In this document: in pieces, positions 24,469 through 39,439 of the stretch
Position numbering within the stretch: position 1 is the first letter of the stretch
How the letters are laid out: every line of letters begins with the position of its first letter
Origin: Lytechinus pictus
Taxonomy: Eukaryota
NCBI RefSeq assembly: GCF_037042905.1
Contig: NC_087246.1
Coordinates: 9,302,001-9,366,000, forward strand
Direction of reading: 5' to 3'
DNA: 64,000 bases
The notes under the pieces: model-generated
Told to the model about the DNA's origin: nothing
The model's input: the letters and a program-made list of their open reading frames with translations, nothing else
The model's database searches: none
Program-made: the position numbers and the translations under genes

Positions 24469-27400
24469 ATGGTGCGATTAAAGAATAGGTAAGTAACTAA
24501 TAATACTTTCTGCAATCTGGAACTAACTTTAACCTATATTTACACATGTGGTTGTAATGTGGGTGCATTTGAAAGTTTTGTTTAGGTCAAGACATTTGAA
24601 AAGCATCTTCTAGTCCAAAAGAAGATCGTGTCCTTGCTCTTGATTGCCAATCATGAATCTTCGTCCTGAAAAATACTTAGTTTAAAAACAGTGACCCATC
24701 AACTGTCTTTAAATCTTGTTTTGTGTACTTCAGAATGCTCATTCTTCTCTTCAGCTGTTGATATTAAATATGATGCTATAGATGAAATCACAAAATATTT
24801 ATCATATTTGGTGTTAATACAACTGCTTTATTAGAGCATATATTAGCATTTGAACAGAAATTTGATAGTTCTTTAATCTATAGGCTACTTTGCTCTTGAT
24901 CAGTCATTCTTGAGCATACATGTAGCAAGGGCATTATCAAATTAAGATCTTAAGTCTTAGTGATTTCAGATTTGAATTACTAACTCTATCTGTTTTCCTC
25001 CTAACTTTCTCCTTCAGTTCAATTTTTCAATTCATAGTTTATTAAAAGACATATTTTGATATTGTTCATGATATTGAATACAATTTGAATGGTGTCTCTC
25101 CTTTTTATGCATTTATGAGCAAAACTTATCAGACAGAAGTTAATTCATTCTATAAGACTTCAACCTCTTTGTACCTTTGTGGTGTCCCAGTTTCTGCTGC
25201 TTTGACCATTTGATATCATTTTTGCAATCTTACACCATTTTAACAAAAATGCATACATATAACTGCAATGTTCGTCTATAGAGCTTGGTACCTTGTTTTA
25301 CATGTATCGTGACTGTGTCCTATATAAGCTAAAATTAAAGGAGAATGAAACCCTTGAAACCAGCTGAATCCATATCAAAGAGAAAAATCAAAGAAACATA
25401 TTGTTGAAAGTTTGAGGAAGATTGAATGAATAATAAGAAAGTTATGAGCATTCGAATATTGAGATCACTAGTGCCATGTAGATCCTCCTAACGGCAATGC
25501 GACCAAGATCTGTGATATCACACACGTACAACTCCCTCATTACTTAAGTACTTATTTCACTTATATTCTCACTTTTATAGAGTCTATCACAAGGTGAGGT
25601 GTTCTCTTTATGAGATGACAAGTACAGAGGTTTCACAACATTATATCATTGATGAATCGTTTGTCATATGATTAGAATGAGCAAAAAGAGATGTTTTGGG
25701 GTATATTTTCAGTGTCCAAATGGGAGAGTTGTACGTGTGTGACATCACAGATCTTGGTCGCATTGCCAATGGGAGGATCTCCATAGCATTAGTGATATCG
25801 ACATTCAAATGCTCATAACTCTTTTATTGCTAGTCCTATTTTACTCAAAGTTTTGTTGATCTTATTCTTTGATTTTTCTGCTTTCACAAAAGTTAACTTG
25901 CTCCAAGAGTTTCATTCTCCTTTAAGATTCACTCTGACCAAGCATTGAATAATTAGCCAAGAGTATTTTGACTATAATTGAAATCACCACGTCTTTAATG
26001 GATCATAATTGAATTCCTAATGGTCAGTCATATACCGGTACTTTTATTGTGTAATCTGGTAACTTGAGGGATGAGAGTAGTATCTGTTTACCATCATGAT
26101 GTAGGTATGTCCTTGGTGAGTTGATTCTAGAAGATGGTAAGATGGCAACAGAGGCTAAACTCAACACATATGTGACACAGCAGGCCATCAAAGCAGCTGT
26201 ACATCAGTTATATGGTGACTTTGGTGTCGGTGCTGTTACTGCTGGTTTTAATGGTAAGGATTCATAACAATCATCTTATCTATGGTTGTATTCAATGTTC
26301 ATTTCCAAAAACAAACAGCAACATTAATCATGATTCTTAACACAATTACAAATCGGAGATACAAAGAGAAACAAAGGATGTGTTTCAATTCCCCCATTCC
26401 TGGTAAAAGTAGTCTTTCAGATCTTGATTTAGAAGAAAATTTAAATTCCAAAAAATTTGCATTTTGAAAAATGATCAGCATTGCAAATGCAATGAAATGT
26501 GACACTGAACGTTATTGAATATTCGATATCTTTGAATGTGCTTTCGTAGGGAAAGCTTACACATTACTTCGAAAAGCACACGCCACAATTGATGGGTCAG
26601 ACTGCGTAGTAAGCTAAGCTGGGAAGAGCAGGGAATTTAGATGATCACGCATAATTAGCTTAAAATTTTTGACCGAGAACAGTGCATTGCTGATCGGATT
26701 TGTTTTCTGCATTTCTTATCATGATTCATGTTGCTGTTTGAATTTGAAAATCAACATTGATAACACCCTTAGCCTTAAATATGATTTTTCAATTTATAGA
26801 CATAATAGTTTGTTCTTGTCCAGTATCCTGTATCTTTTTCTTTGGTGTAGTAGAGCTGCACAATACATAAATATTATATTGCGTTTCAGTAAACAATTAC
26901 TTTGGGTTTTACGATTATGCAATATTGGGGAAAACATGACTGCCTAAAATTGTCATGAATCAATGAAAGAAAATCGTATTGAACCAACTCACCGGGTTCC
27001 AAGGGAAAAGTCAATAATCAGTCAAGCATATCCAACTATTTTCCCCCCTCTCCATATGCACATGCTGTGCTAAAGAAAGAAAACATGATATACTTACAGA
27101 ATATGAACATTGCTTGACTTTTTATTTTGCCCCATTTTGAAATTAAATCTGTTTTTTGTTTTGTTTGTTTGTTTGTGTGATAGTCAAGTATGTAGGACAA
27201 CAGACCAATGTTGTACTCATCAAGATTCGTCATAGGGCCATCAAATACCTCACTTCCTCTCTCCCATTTGTCACATCAATCTCCAAGATTCCATGTTGCT
27301 TCCTAACTCTTCATGTTGCTGGTGAGTTATACCACATTCATATCACAATGTTTTTTGTCTTGCATGCTGATGCATACATACATAAGCTAGACATAAATGT

Positions 27401-29328
27401 CACTTTTAAGACGGCGGCAGAAGTGTTGTTAACATTGAAATCTTAGCCAAAGGTTAAATTTATGAAATGTCATCATAGCTGAAATATTGGCACCCATTTC
27501 ATAAAACTGTAAAATAAGGGTAGGTATCACTGATCATTTGACACGAGTTCAGGTCACATGATTAAGGTCAATGAACTTTGACCATGTTGTGGCCTCAACA
27601 TTGAAAACTTAACCAAGATTAAGATTCTGAATTTTTAGAAGACTTTGTAAGTTCAAATCCCAGTCCATAAAACTTGTACGGTATTTAATGGTTGTCAAGT
27701 ATCAGGAAACAGATGAATGAGTCACGAGGCCAAGGTCAGAGGTCACTTGGAGGTCGATAAGCTAGTATCAACTTATAAATGAATTTAACCAGAGTTTAAT
27801 ATTTGACATAATAAGTCTTTGATATAATTATTAATTTTAATGTTTGATCATTAAGCCAAGGTCAAAGGTTATTTCAGATCAGGTTATTTGATAAAATGTT
27901 ATACTTTGTTCATTGTCCTAAACGTATTAAATCGAAATCGTGTGAGATAGTTATTGGATATCACAAATAATATTAAATAAAAAATGTGTTTCTAAGTCAG
28001 GTCAAAGGTCATGTGAGGCCACTGAACTTTGGGCTTACCAAATAAATTACTTTTTCTCTTATTTTGAAAAATTATTCATCTAAATTTGTGTTCATGTTCC
28101 AAGAAGATTGTGTGTAAGAAAGATCAAGTATCAGCTATGTGAGTAAAATTCAGGTTATTGGGGAGGTCCAAAACTTGAATGAAAATTGATATTTTGTCCT
28201 AGTGTCATAAGTAAGCTGCCATATACATTCATTTCCTTATTACTTTAAGCTGATACAGTGCATACAATGAACTATTGATAATTTTATCTCTCTCTTAAAA
28301 TATTATTCATCATAATTGTTTCCAAAGTCGGCACTGATGCTATATATTGAATTGTGTGATGCTGCTGATGCAGGCTAGACTACCAGAAGTGTTCCATTTA
28401 TGTGTGTTTGTAATAATTTATGTTTTTAATTCTTACAGTGTCAAGTTCCAACAGCGTCTGCAGTATTTTTCATTGATACTACTTGTTGTTATTTTTTTTA
28501 GACTGATTAATTCTTCAAACCACTGTTATTTTCTTTTAAAACCATTATTCTTTTTCATTTGGTGTTTGTGATTACAAGGTACCATGAGAGCTTGCCAGAA
28601 GTTTCTAATAAAGCACGATAGAAGGCAGTTGAAGATTCTGTTCAAGAATAGCAAGACACAGGGTAAGGGTTATCTTTTCTACTTTTAAGTAAGAACTCCT
28701 TGGCCTTTGTTCATATGTTCAGTTTAGTTCACATGTAATTTGGGCCATGGTCTCTGACTGTGAGCTAAAATGAAAAGTTTTACAATTTTCTATCTATAAC
28801 CGCATCTCTGGACCAAAGTATATTTGAATGAATCACAGTTCAGAATACAGTCCTGAATGTGTAACAGGTGCTCATCACAAAAAATGATATCAATATATTT
28901 GGGCTTATTGCCATGATTCCTTATATTGATTCCTCTATATGTCACATCTTATGGTCTTTACCTCACTTACCTTCATTGATAACTCCTAAACTTCAGTGAA
29001 GAATGTTTGTATGGCAACAGCAGATCCAGCTATTTTCCAGAGATTATAGGTATTTACTGTGCTTCTCACAAAATTTAGTGTTAGCAAATTAGATTCCACT
29101 CCTCATATAGTAGCAGACCAGACTCCGTGGGCATTTCTTTAATGTGAAAGCCGAGTTTAATGCAGTATAACCCATATTTATGCAAAAATATTACCCATTT
29201 CCATCCTTACAGCTGAGCGGAATGCAGTGTTAGATGCTCTTAAACGATGTCAGGTCAAAGAAACGGCATGGGTTGAACCGAAAGATGATTCTGATACAGA
29301 TGATAATGGCAGTGAAGAGCGAAGGTGA
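24469..29328 (+). CDS. POP5: Ribonuclease P/MRP protein subunit POP5, 168 aa, 5 coding exons
   Basis: Exons 24469-24488, 26105-26253, 27184-27321, 28579-28662 and 29213-29328 (507 nt, GT-AG, phases fit). The translation MVRLKNRYVLGEL...AVHQLYGDFG...VKYVGQQTNVVLIKIRH...SSLPFVT...FLTLHVAGTMRACQKFLIKHDRRQL...acidic tail matches Rpp14/Pop5 family motifs (MVRxKxRY, GxFG, TLHVxGTxRxC). Confidence 0.92.
25339..25921. mobile_element. Kolobok-like non-autonomous foldback element in a POP5 intron
   Basis: TTAA-aggagaatgaaac...gtttcattctcct-TTAA, with long inverted arms of about 200 bp. Confidence 0.8.
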
Positions 29329-29849
29329 CCCTTGTGTGACTTCCTATATATGAACAGCAAAACTATTACACTATGAGAGCAAAGATGATGTAATGGTAGC
29401 TGAACAACAGAAGTGAAGTCTCTTAATGGATTGGTCAAGTGACAAGGACAGAAAACTTTCTTTGAGAAATACGGAGAGCTAAACTAAAATGCAAGGATGG
29501 TGCAACTATGGTTGAACAACAGAAGTGTCAGAGATTCTATGTAGTGATGAGGGCAGAAAGTTGACCAAGGGTGGTTTTTTTTTATCTTAATTTCAAAGGT
29601 AAGGATAATGCAACTATGGTTGAATGACAGGAGTGGAGTCTCAAAACGGCTTGGTGTAGTGTGAGAGGTAATTGTCTAGGACCAAATCAACATTTGAAAA
29701 ATCATAGTTGTATGTTTACAGAAGTGCAGTTACTTTGTGATTTTGTGTATTAAGGAAAGTATTAGGAGTATAGTGGAATGAAAGACATTCAAGACGAAAT
29801 CAAGACAAATTTAAATTCTTCAGTACTGCTAGGATGTTGCAAATGCCCT

Positions 29850-30088
29850 AAATGATGATGGTGATGATGATGGTGCACAGCATTTGTATAGCGCCATATA
29901 TCTGTCAACGACATTCAAAGGCGCATTTTTGGAGGAGCCAGCCAATCTGGGTCGCCTAGAAGGGCGCGCACACAGAACTGTGACCCGCAGGTCTCTCCTC
30001 CCGATATAACTGATTCGAATGCAGGTGGACCGCTACACCGGGGTTCCCCCCAGCCCCTACTCTTATTCGAATAGTGCAGTGGGTTCTG
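29850..30088 (-). mobile_element. SINE 3' fragment with (ATC)n tail
   Basis: Minus strand agaacccactgcactattcgaataagagtagggg core-like motif, a gcgcctttgaa...ggcgctatacaaatg tail, and an ATC repeat. Confidence 0.5.
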
Positions 30089-30969
30089 TAAATTTATAAT
30101 TAGACCTACTTTACTGGGTCGTATTTCGAAATACCAAAATCTGACTTATTGATAATATGTCTCTATGAAAATGATTTTACTCTCTTTGTATAATATGGGC
30201 CTTATTTCAAATATGAAAAAATATGAATCATGAAGAATACTGTAAAAAAAATATTAGTGAAATTCAAAGCGAATTCTAATGAAAACAACTGCAAAAGTGA
30301 AAGAATTGCCTATCAAACCTTTTCAGTGTTTAGCATGTGTGTGCCAAACTTTACTAAACACTTGAAAAATTGTGTTTTTTACAGGTGCTAAATATCATAT
30401 GTTTTGTTGTCACCTGATAAAATCAAATGTGATATTTAGAACACAGAAGTTGCAGTTTAGAAAACATAAAACTGGGTTCTCTATATCATAGTTTTAAATA
30501 GCTTTCAAGTATATTTCCATTTGTAAATTCCTAAGAATGTGAACTATTTACTAGTGACACAGATATATACCATTATTGCTTTTATTCCATCAATTTTAGA
30601 ATTAAATAACCATCATATTAGCATTGGCCATTGGTCATAGCACTTTTGAAAATATCCAAGCAGTCTTGAGTTTCATGATACACAGGACAAAGAATTCAAT
30701 ACTTGGGAGTTGATCATAGATTTGTCAATGAATGCTAGTCTTCAACGCATTGATGATGATGAATATACAATACTAAAAAATCCTGTCCATTTGTTATTAT
30801 AGGCTTATTTTGTTTAATAAGATTTTAGTTTATAAAAGTTTACATGGGAGAAGATATGTCATTACATTAACGCTAGTCTAGTCTAATAAAACCCTACCTT
30901 TTATTTCACAAACTATAGGGCAAGGTGGTTTTGTTTTATAATTTCATATCTTTAAACTCAATGAAGTAG

Positions 30970-31126
30970 CAGGGGCTGCGGAACGGTTTTCAAAGAGAGG
31001 GGGGGCGAGCCAAGAGTGGGGTGCTGACCATGCAAAAAATCACAATCATATGGTAATTTTTATGTTTCTGTACACGTAGGGGGCTGAAGGCCCCCCCCCC
31101 CCCCCCCCCCGGTTCCACGGCCCCTG
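30970..31126. mobile_element. Short hAT-like MITE
   Basis: Termini caggggctgcggaac / gttccacggcccctg. Confidence 0.6.
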
Positions 31127-32114
31127 TGTAGTTAAATGAAATAAGCTCCCCTTCCCCATGTTATATATGGTTATGTCAGGTCTTTCAATACAAAAGGAAT
31201 GATGTTATTACCTGAACAGTGTCTTGATCAATTTGCGGCGGCTATCAAGGATGTGATGGAAGCTCAGTATCTCGGTGTGATAAATGAGTGTAATATTAAG
31301 CTTTGAATGTATAACTGAAACGTTGGATGGGATGCATGTTCATGTTCTTTTTATATAAAACTAAAAATTAAAAGTCAGATCCACATTTAGCTTCAGTTTG
31401 TAGTTGAAATCCTCAGCTTCTTTTGATTTCTAATCCACCCAGTTCTAAATAGACCATATGATAAGGGATTAGGATAGCCGCTGTGAAATCTCAGACCACA
31501 AATCCATGGACGCAGCTTATCTTAATCAGTTTCTTTACTTACAGTGCAATTCAATAATCTAATTGAATAAATGAGCATTAATTATAGAAAAATTTTCATA
31601 CAGGAATTTGAAAACAGATGATCATTTCATTCAAAAATGAAACTGGAAAATATTTGTGTCTGCTGAGAAACTAGAGTTTATTGGAATTTGTGAGTTATCT
31701 CCCAGCAACACATTGAAAAATGCAGACAAGATAGGACATGATAAATGGAAAGCTGACAACACATAGTTCGAAACATTTTGAATTTGTCCCTTAAAGTTAA
31801 ATATACAGGTCAACAGTAGACCCTTACTTTAGATGGAAATAAAAACCACTTTGGGTGGTATTTTAATTATTAAACCTTGGTTTAACTCTAGACTAAACAA
31901 GAAATTTAGTCCACACATCTGTAGAATGCTAAGTTTCTTCTTACTTTTACAATATCCATGATATAGATAAGGTACAAAAATACTGAAAGTAATTTTATTT
32001 TCATATTTTACAATGTCAACTTTTTGCTGAAGGATCTGAATAATTTGTACCTTGTCTTAGAGATTGAGATGACGGAGGCACTCAATGAAAATGTATAAGT
32101 TTATCTAGATTTAA

Positions 32115-32761
32115 CCCTATCTAGGCCGGGGTTATTTTGGGAGTTCATATGGCCGGGGGGGGGGGGGGGGGGGCCTCCCAGGCGCCCCTTGAGATCTCGG
32201 CCGTTGGCAACGTGATCGCGCCGAAAATTGGCACGCAGGTTGTCTGGACATAATCTACAAAACTGTATAGTAATTTATTTCATGTAAATTGGTATTAAGC
32301 GATTATGTTAATTTATGCGTAATTAGTATGCAAAATCATACTTTTCCCTCTAACTCCCTAAACAAAGCTCAAATTTTTCCAATTTTTGGTATAAAAACTC
32401 TTTTTGGTGTTTATATTTTTTTTCAATTTCTTATGTATTTCTTTGTTTTTTTTACCTTTTGTTTTTCATTGTTTTTCAATGAAAATTGTTGGGAACTCTT
32501 CTGAGATCATAAATGGCATAAAATAAATAAATTTAGACCAGCAAAACTAAAAATAATCATACATTTATGATTTTTGGTTGAAAACAGAATTGCGTAATTT
32601 CGGAAGCTAGTACCCGGGTGACGCAAAACTGGTCTCAAAAGTTGCGCAAGACTTGAAAGTAAAAAGTCAGCGAGCGGCGCAGTAAAAAAAATTCGCACAG
32701 CAAAAATATTGCGCAAATCGTTGAGGGCCCCCCCCCCCCCCCCCCCCCGGCCTGGATAGGG
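32115..32761 (+). mobile_element. piggyBac-like non-autonomous element
   Basis: TTAA-ccctatctaggccgggg...ccccggcctggataggg-TTAA. Its core is shared with the copies at 40978, 44997 and 55274. Confidence 0.85.
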
Positions 32762-35562
32762 TTAAAGGCTATGAGAATAGCACCCTTTGAGTTAAAGCTG
32801 ATATTCCTAGTCCAATGACCCATTTTATCAAACTATTCATTGATGATAATCTTACCATCAATGGTATCTTTTCATCTTTCCACAATCAAATTTGTTTTTA
32901 CCTTGTGAGCTTTCACCTACTTGTTCTGCAGACTTCTTCAGACTAACGCTGACTCGCCATAGACCAGGTAGTATCAGCAGCGTGGTATGGTTGATTTTAA
33001 TTCACTCTGGAGCCTTGTTACCATGGTGAATTAAATTTATAGCAAAGATGTAATTAATGGTCAGTTTTACGAAAAAAGGTATATATAGACTTGTCTCATG
33101 AGCGGATGATTTGAAGAAGTATTAGTATTAATAATTCGCAGGTTTCTCTGGGTTATGCAAATTTTGAGTCGAGAAGAGTGAAAATATATCCCCATGTCAA
33201 CTGATTACATGTAATTTTTTGTAGTTTTGATGTGGCGTGTGTCACTATTCCAGTTTATTAATATATTATAAAAATGTATTTGAATTCTACATTCTCAAAA
33301 ATGTGTTTGTCCTTAACTATTCTGCGGAACATTTCATGAAAGGACTTGTTCGATGTTTTATCCGACAATCACAATAGTGACAATGTTTTTCAGCCGATAT
33401 AAGATCAAGGAAAGTTGCAGATCTGACTACTTGTCAGACAGCAAATGTAGATGAAATATTCTCCTGATGTAGATTGTATGAATTAAAAACATTTTAGTTG
33501 ATGTATTTTCTGACTTTACATTGAAATTTATCTTTTCTTTCTGTATAGGTATAAAACTATATCTCAAGCATAGAATTTGTTAGAAAAATTTAGGATATTA
33601 TCTGTTTATGGCTGCTTAAAGAGTTCATAAGGGCTTTTTCTTTAAAAAAAAACATTCCTGAGAATATGGTTGAATTCAAATTTTTACACAGAATAAATGG
33701 TTAGAAAAAAGATCACTACACATTATTTAACCTTTACCTAACTCTACATCCTGTCTAAAAGAATTGAAGTTTTCAACCATTCAAATATCCTTTGAGTATC
33801 AGATTGCGAGGGATGCTGGCAGTCCTTGGCTCTACCCAACCGATATATACCAGGTGCAAAAATTTTGTTTTGAAACAACGGCCCAAATTCACGTTAGTTT
33901 CATTCAAAACTGCAGTGTCTAGAAACCACCTTGTAAATTCAGACCAGAAGAGACTCTGGTTACTTCAATCCCTTTTTTTGGCATCAAAAATTTGTATGAA
34001 TTTAATGTATCTGAAATTTATTGGCTCACGTTTATAATTGCATTATCTCAGCAGAAAGATCAAATGTTAATCTAATAGAAGCCCTCTTGCTGATGGCTTC
34101 AGTGTTTATTTCTTAAGTTTTATACTAAAAAATAAAACTTCATTTACTTTGAGTGCTATGTCATCAGTCTCATTAATATAACATTTATTATTGAAATATA
34201 GGGATGTGCAAAACATTAATCACTCTAAATTCTTATTATATGTGATATTTATAATTCAAATGTGTCAACAATATTCACGTTTTTTAAACAAATGACACTG
34301 TGATGCAGCATTCTGCACTTATTCTGAACAAAGTAAACAAAAAACAATAATGAAACTCTGATATTTGTTGTACACTTCAGATTTATTGATACTCTCAATA
34401 AATACTTTTCTTCTATAAATGTGGTCTACCCGACATATCTCTCAAAATCAGTAAAGGAAAACAGAAAGAAATGAAGCTAGAAATGTGAAAGAATTCTAAT
34501 TAACTACATACATCCTAACATATGATATACTTGTACTTCTCTTTCAAAACAATTGAGAAAATATGCAAAGAAAATTGCATTTTTCACAAGGAAAGTGTGG
34601 TAAAACTGAGTAACATGCATCTCTAAAACTCACATCAAATATCTTTCTGTGAAAACACCCAATAATCTTCATGTATGTACTAGAAGTCAAATATAAAATG
34701 TGTTTATAAATAAAAAAGAAATATCATGAAGATTTTCTTTATAATCTAACTGTTCCAATGAATTCTGAATGAAGGCAATTCAACTGCAAAAATAATCTAG
34801 AGTATGATAAAGTGTATATGTTTCACTATATGCACAATATAATGAAGTTCAATAAATGTGCCCATCCCATATTTTAAAAAAGACCTATGAATATCATAAA
34901 TTTAAACAACTGCTATTGTGCAAAAACAATATGGTCCCTGAAATAATGTCTAATCCAACTGGATCCATGCCTGGCTTATATCTCCCTGTACTCTCCACAC
35001 AAAATAATGACTCCTTTTTGTGTAAAGCTTATGTTATTTAACAAAATGATAACTACTTTTCACCATTAGTGATTAAAGCCCTTTCAAAATAATTTATCTC
35101 GTTATTTGAGGTTTATTCTCAAAATCTTTGAATGGTATATTGTTTAGAATTTGCAGTGACTTTAAACGTTCCAAATAAATTTTGATGAACTCCTATTCAG
35201 TAAGGCCTCAGATGGAACTATGAAATAAATACCAATGACAAAAGTGAACTACAACCTAAAACTATAGAACACAAAACGCAGCAACTCTACAATATCACTT
35301 CAGGTGAAGTATTTTCAGAAGAAAAAAAGACACTCTTATATCGTAAGGCAGCATAACCACAAGGTACTCTATTGATCCTAGGCTAATCCTGATTGGACTA
35401 AGTCCTGGTCTAGCATCTGATCCAGGCCTTAGTCTACATCTTCATGTAGACTATAGTCAAAACCTATGCCTGGCCCTGGGTTGAGACTGATCAAGCTTAT
35501 AGGCCAGATCTTGGTCCGAACTTGAGACCCTTCATGTCCTAGACCCTGGTCTAGAATACCAG

Positions 35563-35769
35563 GAAGGTGTTTCACAAAGATTTAAGTATGACTTATAGTC
35601 ACACTTAAATGCCGACGCATATATGAAACGCACAATCTTATTATTTAATACGCAGTAGTGCGTGTCCTCTTGGCATGATCTGACCAATGCAGTAATGCCT
35701 TTAATGACGCACGCAACTAAGCATAAAATGTGACTCTATGTCACACTTCAATCTTTGTGAAACACCCCC
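35563..35769. mobile_element. Palindromic MITE (PIF/Harbinger-like)
   Basis: CAG-gaaggtgtttcacaaagatt...aatctttgtgaaacaccccc-CTG. Confidence 0.7.
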
Positions 35770-38700
35770 CTGATGGTCTAATTTATTGTCTAGATCTCAA
35801 TCCAGATCCTGGTCTAAATGTGACACCTCCACTTTGTAACAAACAAACCACCATGGAATCAACTCTGTATAATAACTTAGTGGATATACTATCCACCATT
35901 AGACTTCACACCTATATACACTGAGCAACATCTACATTCGTATCTGTTTGGCCACCAGTTATTTCAATGTACATTCTTCAACATGCTGCTATTCACTTCG
36001 ATCAACTCTTCAATTTACTTTTTCATGTAATGTGTGTTTACAAATGCCCTTATTTTCATGTATCATAAAACACATTTAGTCTTCCAGTTTTATTATTTCT
36101 GTTAACTTTCATATTTGTTTCTGAAGAAAAAGTACGAAATATATTGATATTGTTTATTCATATGTCAAAAATAAATACCTCTTCCCTTACACCCATCAAT
36201 TATGCTACCAATTGTTATAGGAAAAGTGAACCATGTACTATAACCTGTTTACACATTAGCTAAACTACCAATGTATACATATATATATATTTTTCATATC
36301 CAAGAATATCTACAGCACACACACACAAACTGTTCCGAGAGTAAACAAAATATGTCCCGTCTATCCTTGGTTAAATTTAATTCAAATCGGATCAGTGGTA
36401 CTATTTAACATTCCTGACAGAACAAAAGCATTATATTTTAATTATTAAAGAAAAGCTCTGAAGAAACATTTCCTTAGATATTCCAAGGATATTATTAAAG
36501 TCATTAAATGGTCATCAATGAAAAATGTTACAAGCATTTATTCATTTCTTTTTTAGTGTGTAATATTGGATAATTTAAATAATTGTTAAAAATGTGAAAA
36601 TATATAAGCTGATTGATAGCTCTTAGTTAAAGTCTGTACTATATCTAATCTGTGTTACTAAGCATTAAGTTTAGTGCCAGTTGCCCATGCACATTTTGGT
36701 TTAACAGTGTTTAAGCATCTTGTATTCATATTCCCTTCAAAAGTTTAAATAGTACCACTGAGAAAGCTGATTTGATTGAATTGTTAACTGTTTAGCCTTG
36801 TTACCAGCACCAAGATATCAAAGCATTTGTACTCATTCAAATACCCCCAAGTAGAATGTCTTTCTACTTTTTTTTCATCCAATGTCAAGGTCTTGAATAT
36901 ATTTCCTATGTAAACAGTAGAAGATATGAATGAAATACATATGATGAAATTACCCTGATATATGTGACATATTAAAGATTAAATCTGCATATCTAAATCA
37001 TATCTAGGAATGTCCTAACATTTCAATTTGTTTTGATTTAGGCATTTTTATACCATGTATCATCCTCTTTTCAAAATTTTGAGTTTAGATAAATAAGCTC
37101 CCAAACTCTTCCTGAAACTTCTTTGTTTATGTGCAGTGAAAAAAAAAATAATCCACTGAAAACAAATGATCAGTAATAACAGGTTAATTAGAGGAGAATT
37201 AAAATCACAATCAATTCACATACCAATTCTCCTATAAATTGTTACCACTATTTCTATTGCTTTTTAAATGTCATTGTTTGAGTTTGGGAATTGAGCCTTC
37301 AAAATGACTATACATGCAGCTTGGTATCATATGATGACCTATTCATATAAAAATGAGTTGCATGACAGATCATTGCAATGTTTAAAAATCAATCAACTAT
37401 CATAGTCCTTTATCAATTTCATTCAAGTACAAATGAAAAGGAGAGACATCCCTGAATGAATTTTGATAGAAACCCTCAAATCCATCTGGTTTCATCTAGC
37501 TTCCACTACACATAGGTTGATATGAAATGTGATGTTTTTATCTTTACAAGCTTAGTACAACCAAGAAACACCTGAATTGGATACATACCATAGCTACTAG
37601 TTATTTTAAATCATTACACTACATCTGTGTGCATTTCTTAGAAAACACAGATAAATATTTTACCTGAATTCAACTTTTAAAATGCCTGTATTTTACTAAG
37701 ATCAAACTGTACAAAAAGTTGCAGTTCAACTGCGCGGCAACGTTTTGTCATGTTGCACTTAGTTTCTTTTTCTCTTCTATCTCTCTCTCACTCTCTTTCT
37801 CTCTCCCTCCCTTTCTCTCGCAAAATCACAAAATTTACATTCATCAAATAGAAAATCACACCATCAAATATATATAGGCAAAATCATGAACTATAATAAA
37901 ACAACAGAATCCACATGGGGCTTTCCCGAAGAGGGGAAAAGAGATCAAAATATTTGCAATTTCACTATTTTTGCATCAATGAATTTGGGCAGTGTTTGAT
38001 GAAGATCTGAAATAACTTTTTGAAAATGAAGTTATGCATGTATGCATGAGACCACTAAAAGTATTGTCCAAAAAAAGTGGAGAAAAGTGAATAGGAGAAT
38101 TCTGTTGTTGAATCCAATGACTTTATCAAAAGCACCATGTAAGGATTAGTTCTATGTGATAATTAAGTCATTTTTTCTAGGATTAGATAATGCAATGTTT
38201 TTCATTGAAATAAAATTTCATAATTTGAACTTCAATAAGCATTTGATCCCTTCTGTGTAGGCACAATTTTATAATTCAATATTTTGAAGAAACAAACACT
38301 TTGCAATACATTCTACCTGTGCTTTTCTTTACTAGGAAATATATACATCTTTTTTTTTCTTTCTTTTTTTCATTCTCACAAAAACACTAGAAATGTCCTA
38401 ATATATTGCATTCTTTGGGAGTTTAAAAACAACTTCTATGCAACAAACAAAATCTGAAGTATTAATAATAACTGCACTTCAGGCATATAATGAAAGTTCC
38501 TGTTCAGTGTATTGAAAATGCTAGAATGTCCGTCCCCCCCCCCCCAAAAAAAAAAAAAAAAATCAATATGACAATTCAAGATTTATGGTCTAATGCTGTG
38601 TAGATCAAAACAGATAAAAGTTCATTCTAAATTCCTATACTTTTCTTGCTGGGTTGAGTTGTATTTTTTCTTGTTTCAATCAATATGACACTCACGATAA

Positions 38701-39413
38701 AGCAGATGAAAAAAAAACCATCCACATTTTGCTTACACTGCTCTCAGGGAAGTTAACTTGAAGGAAATGCAAGTTACAAACCAAGATCAAAAGCAAAGTG
38801 AGGACAATATTTCAACATCAAAAAAATATAATAAGAGAGATAGAACAGTTAGCTTTAACTTTGAGCTTATTTTCTACATTTGATATGAATTTAATGCTTC
38901 TGGATAGAAACTGAATACATGAATATCTAATTTCTACATTTTATTTTCCTCAATATTCTAACAGTATATTTTAAGAGGAATCAATATTCATTACAAGTTG
39001 TCTATGTATTGCTAACTTTAAATACGAATAGTTCTGTACAATACTTTATAAATTCTTAACTATGAAAATTGCATAAGAAAAAAGATATTTCTGCACGCAA
39101 TCTCCACCTAGTAAAATATCAACCTTTTTTTTCATTCCAAACAGGAGTAAAGACCCCTTATATTGGCTCACAAGAGAACCTTGGATTAAAATGAAATCAA
39201 ATCTCCTTGTCTATGTAATCAATATTCATCTTCAAACTCCATTTACATGTATGTTAATTCAATACACTACTCATCTCCATTATTTATCTGAACCATTCAA
39301 TATCCCATAGTAAGGTGTTGGTGATAGATGGGGTATCAAAGGTTATCCAATGCACGTCTGCTTCTTTGTTCCCCTGTTCCGATGGAAGAACTCTGTCTTG
39401 GGTCGTCAAGACT

Positions 39414-39439
39414 TCATTTTCTTCCCTTGTAATTAGAAC
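39414..39439 (-). CDS. Candidate alternative terminal coding exon of SERCA (xSNYKGRK*)
   Basis: A long T/C/G tract (about 39470-39550, minus) and a CCAG acceptor at 39440-39441. Phase-1 joining gives a short basic tail. No transcript evidence. Confidence 0.4.
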
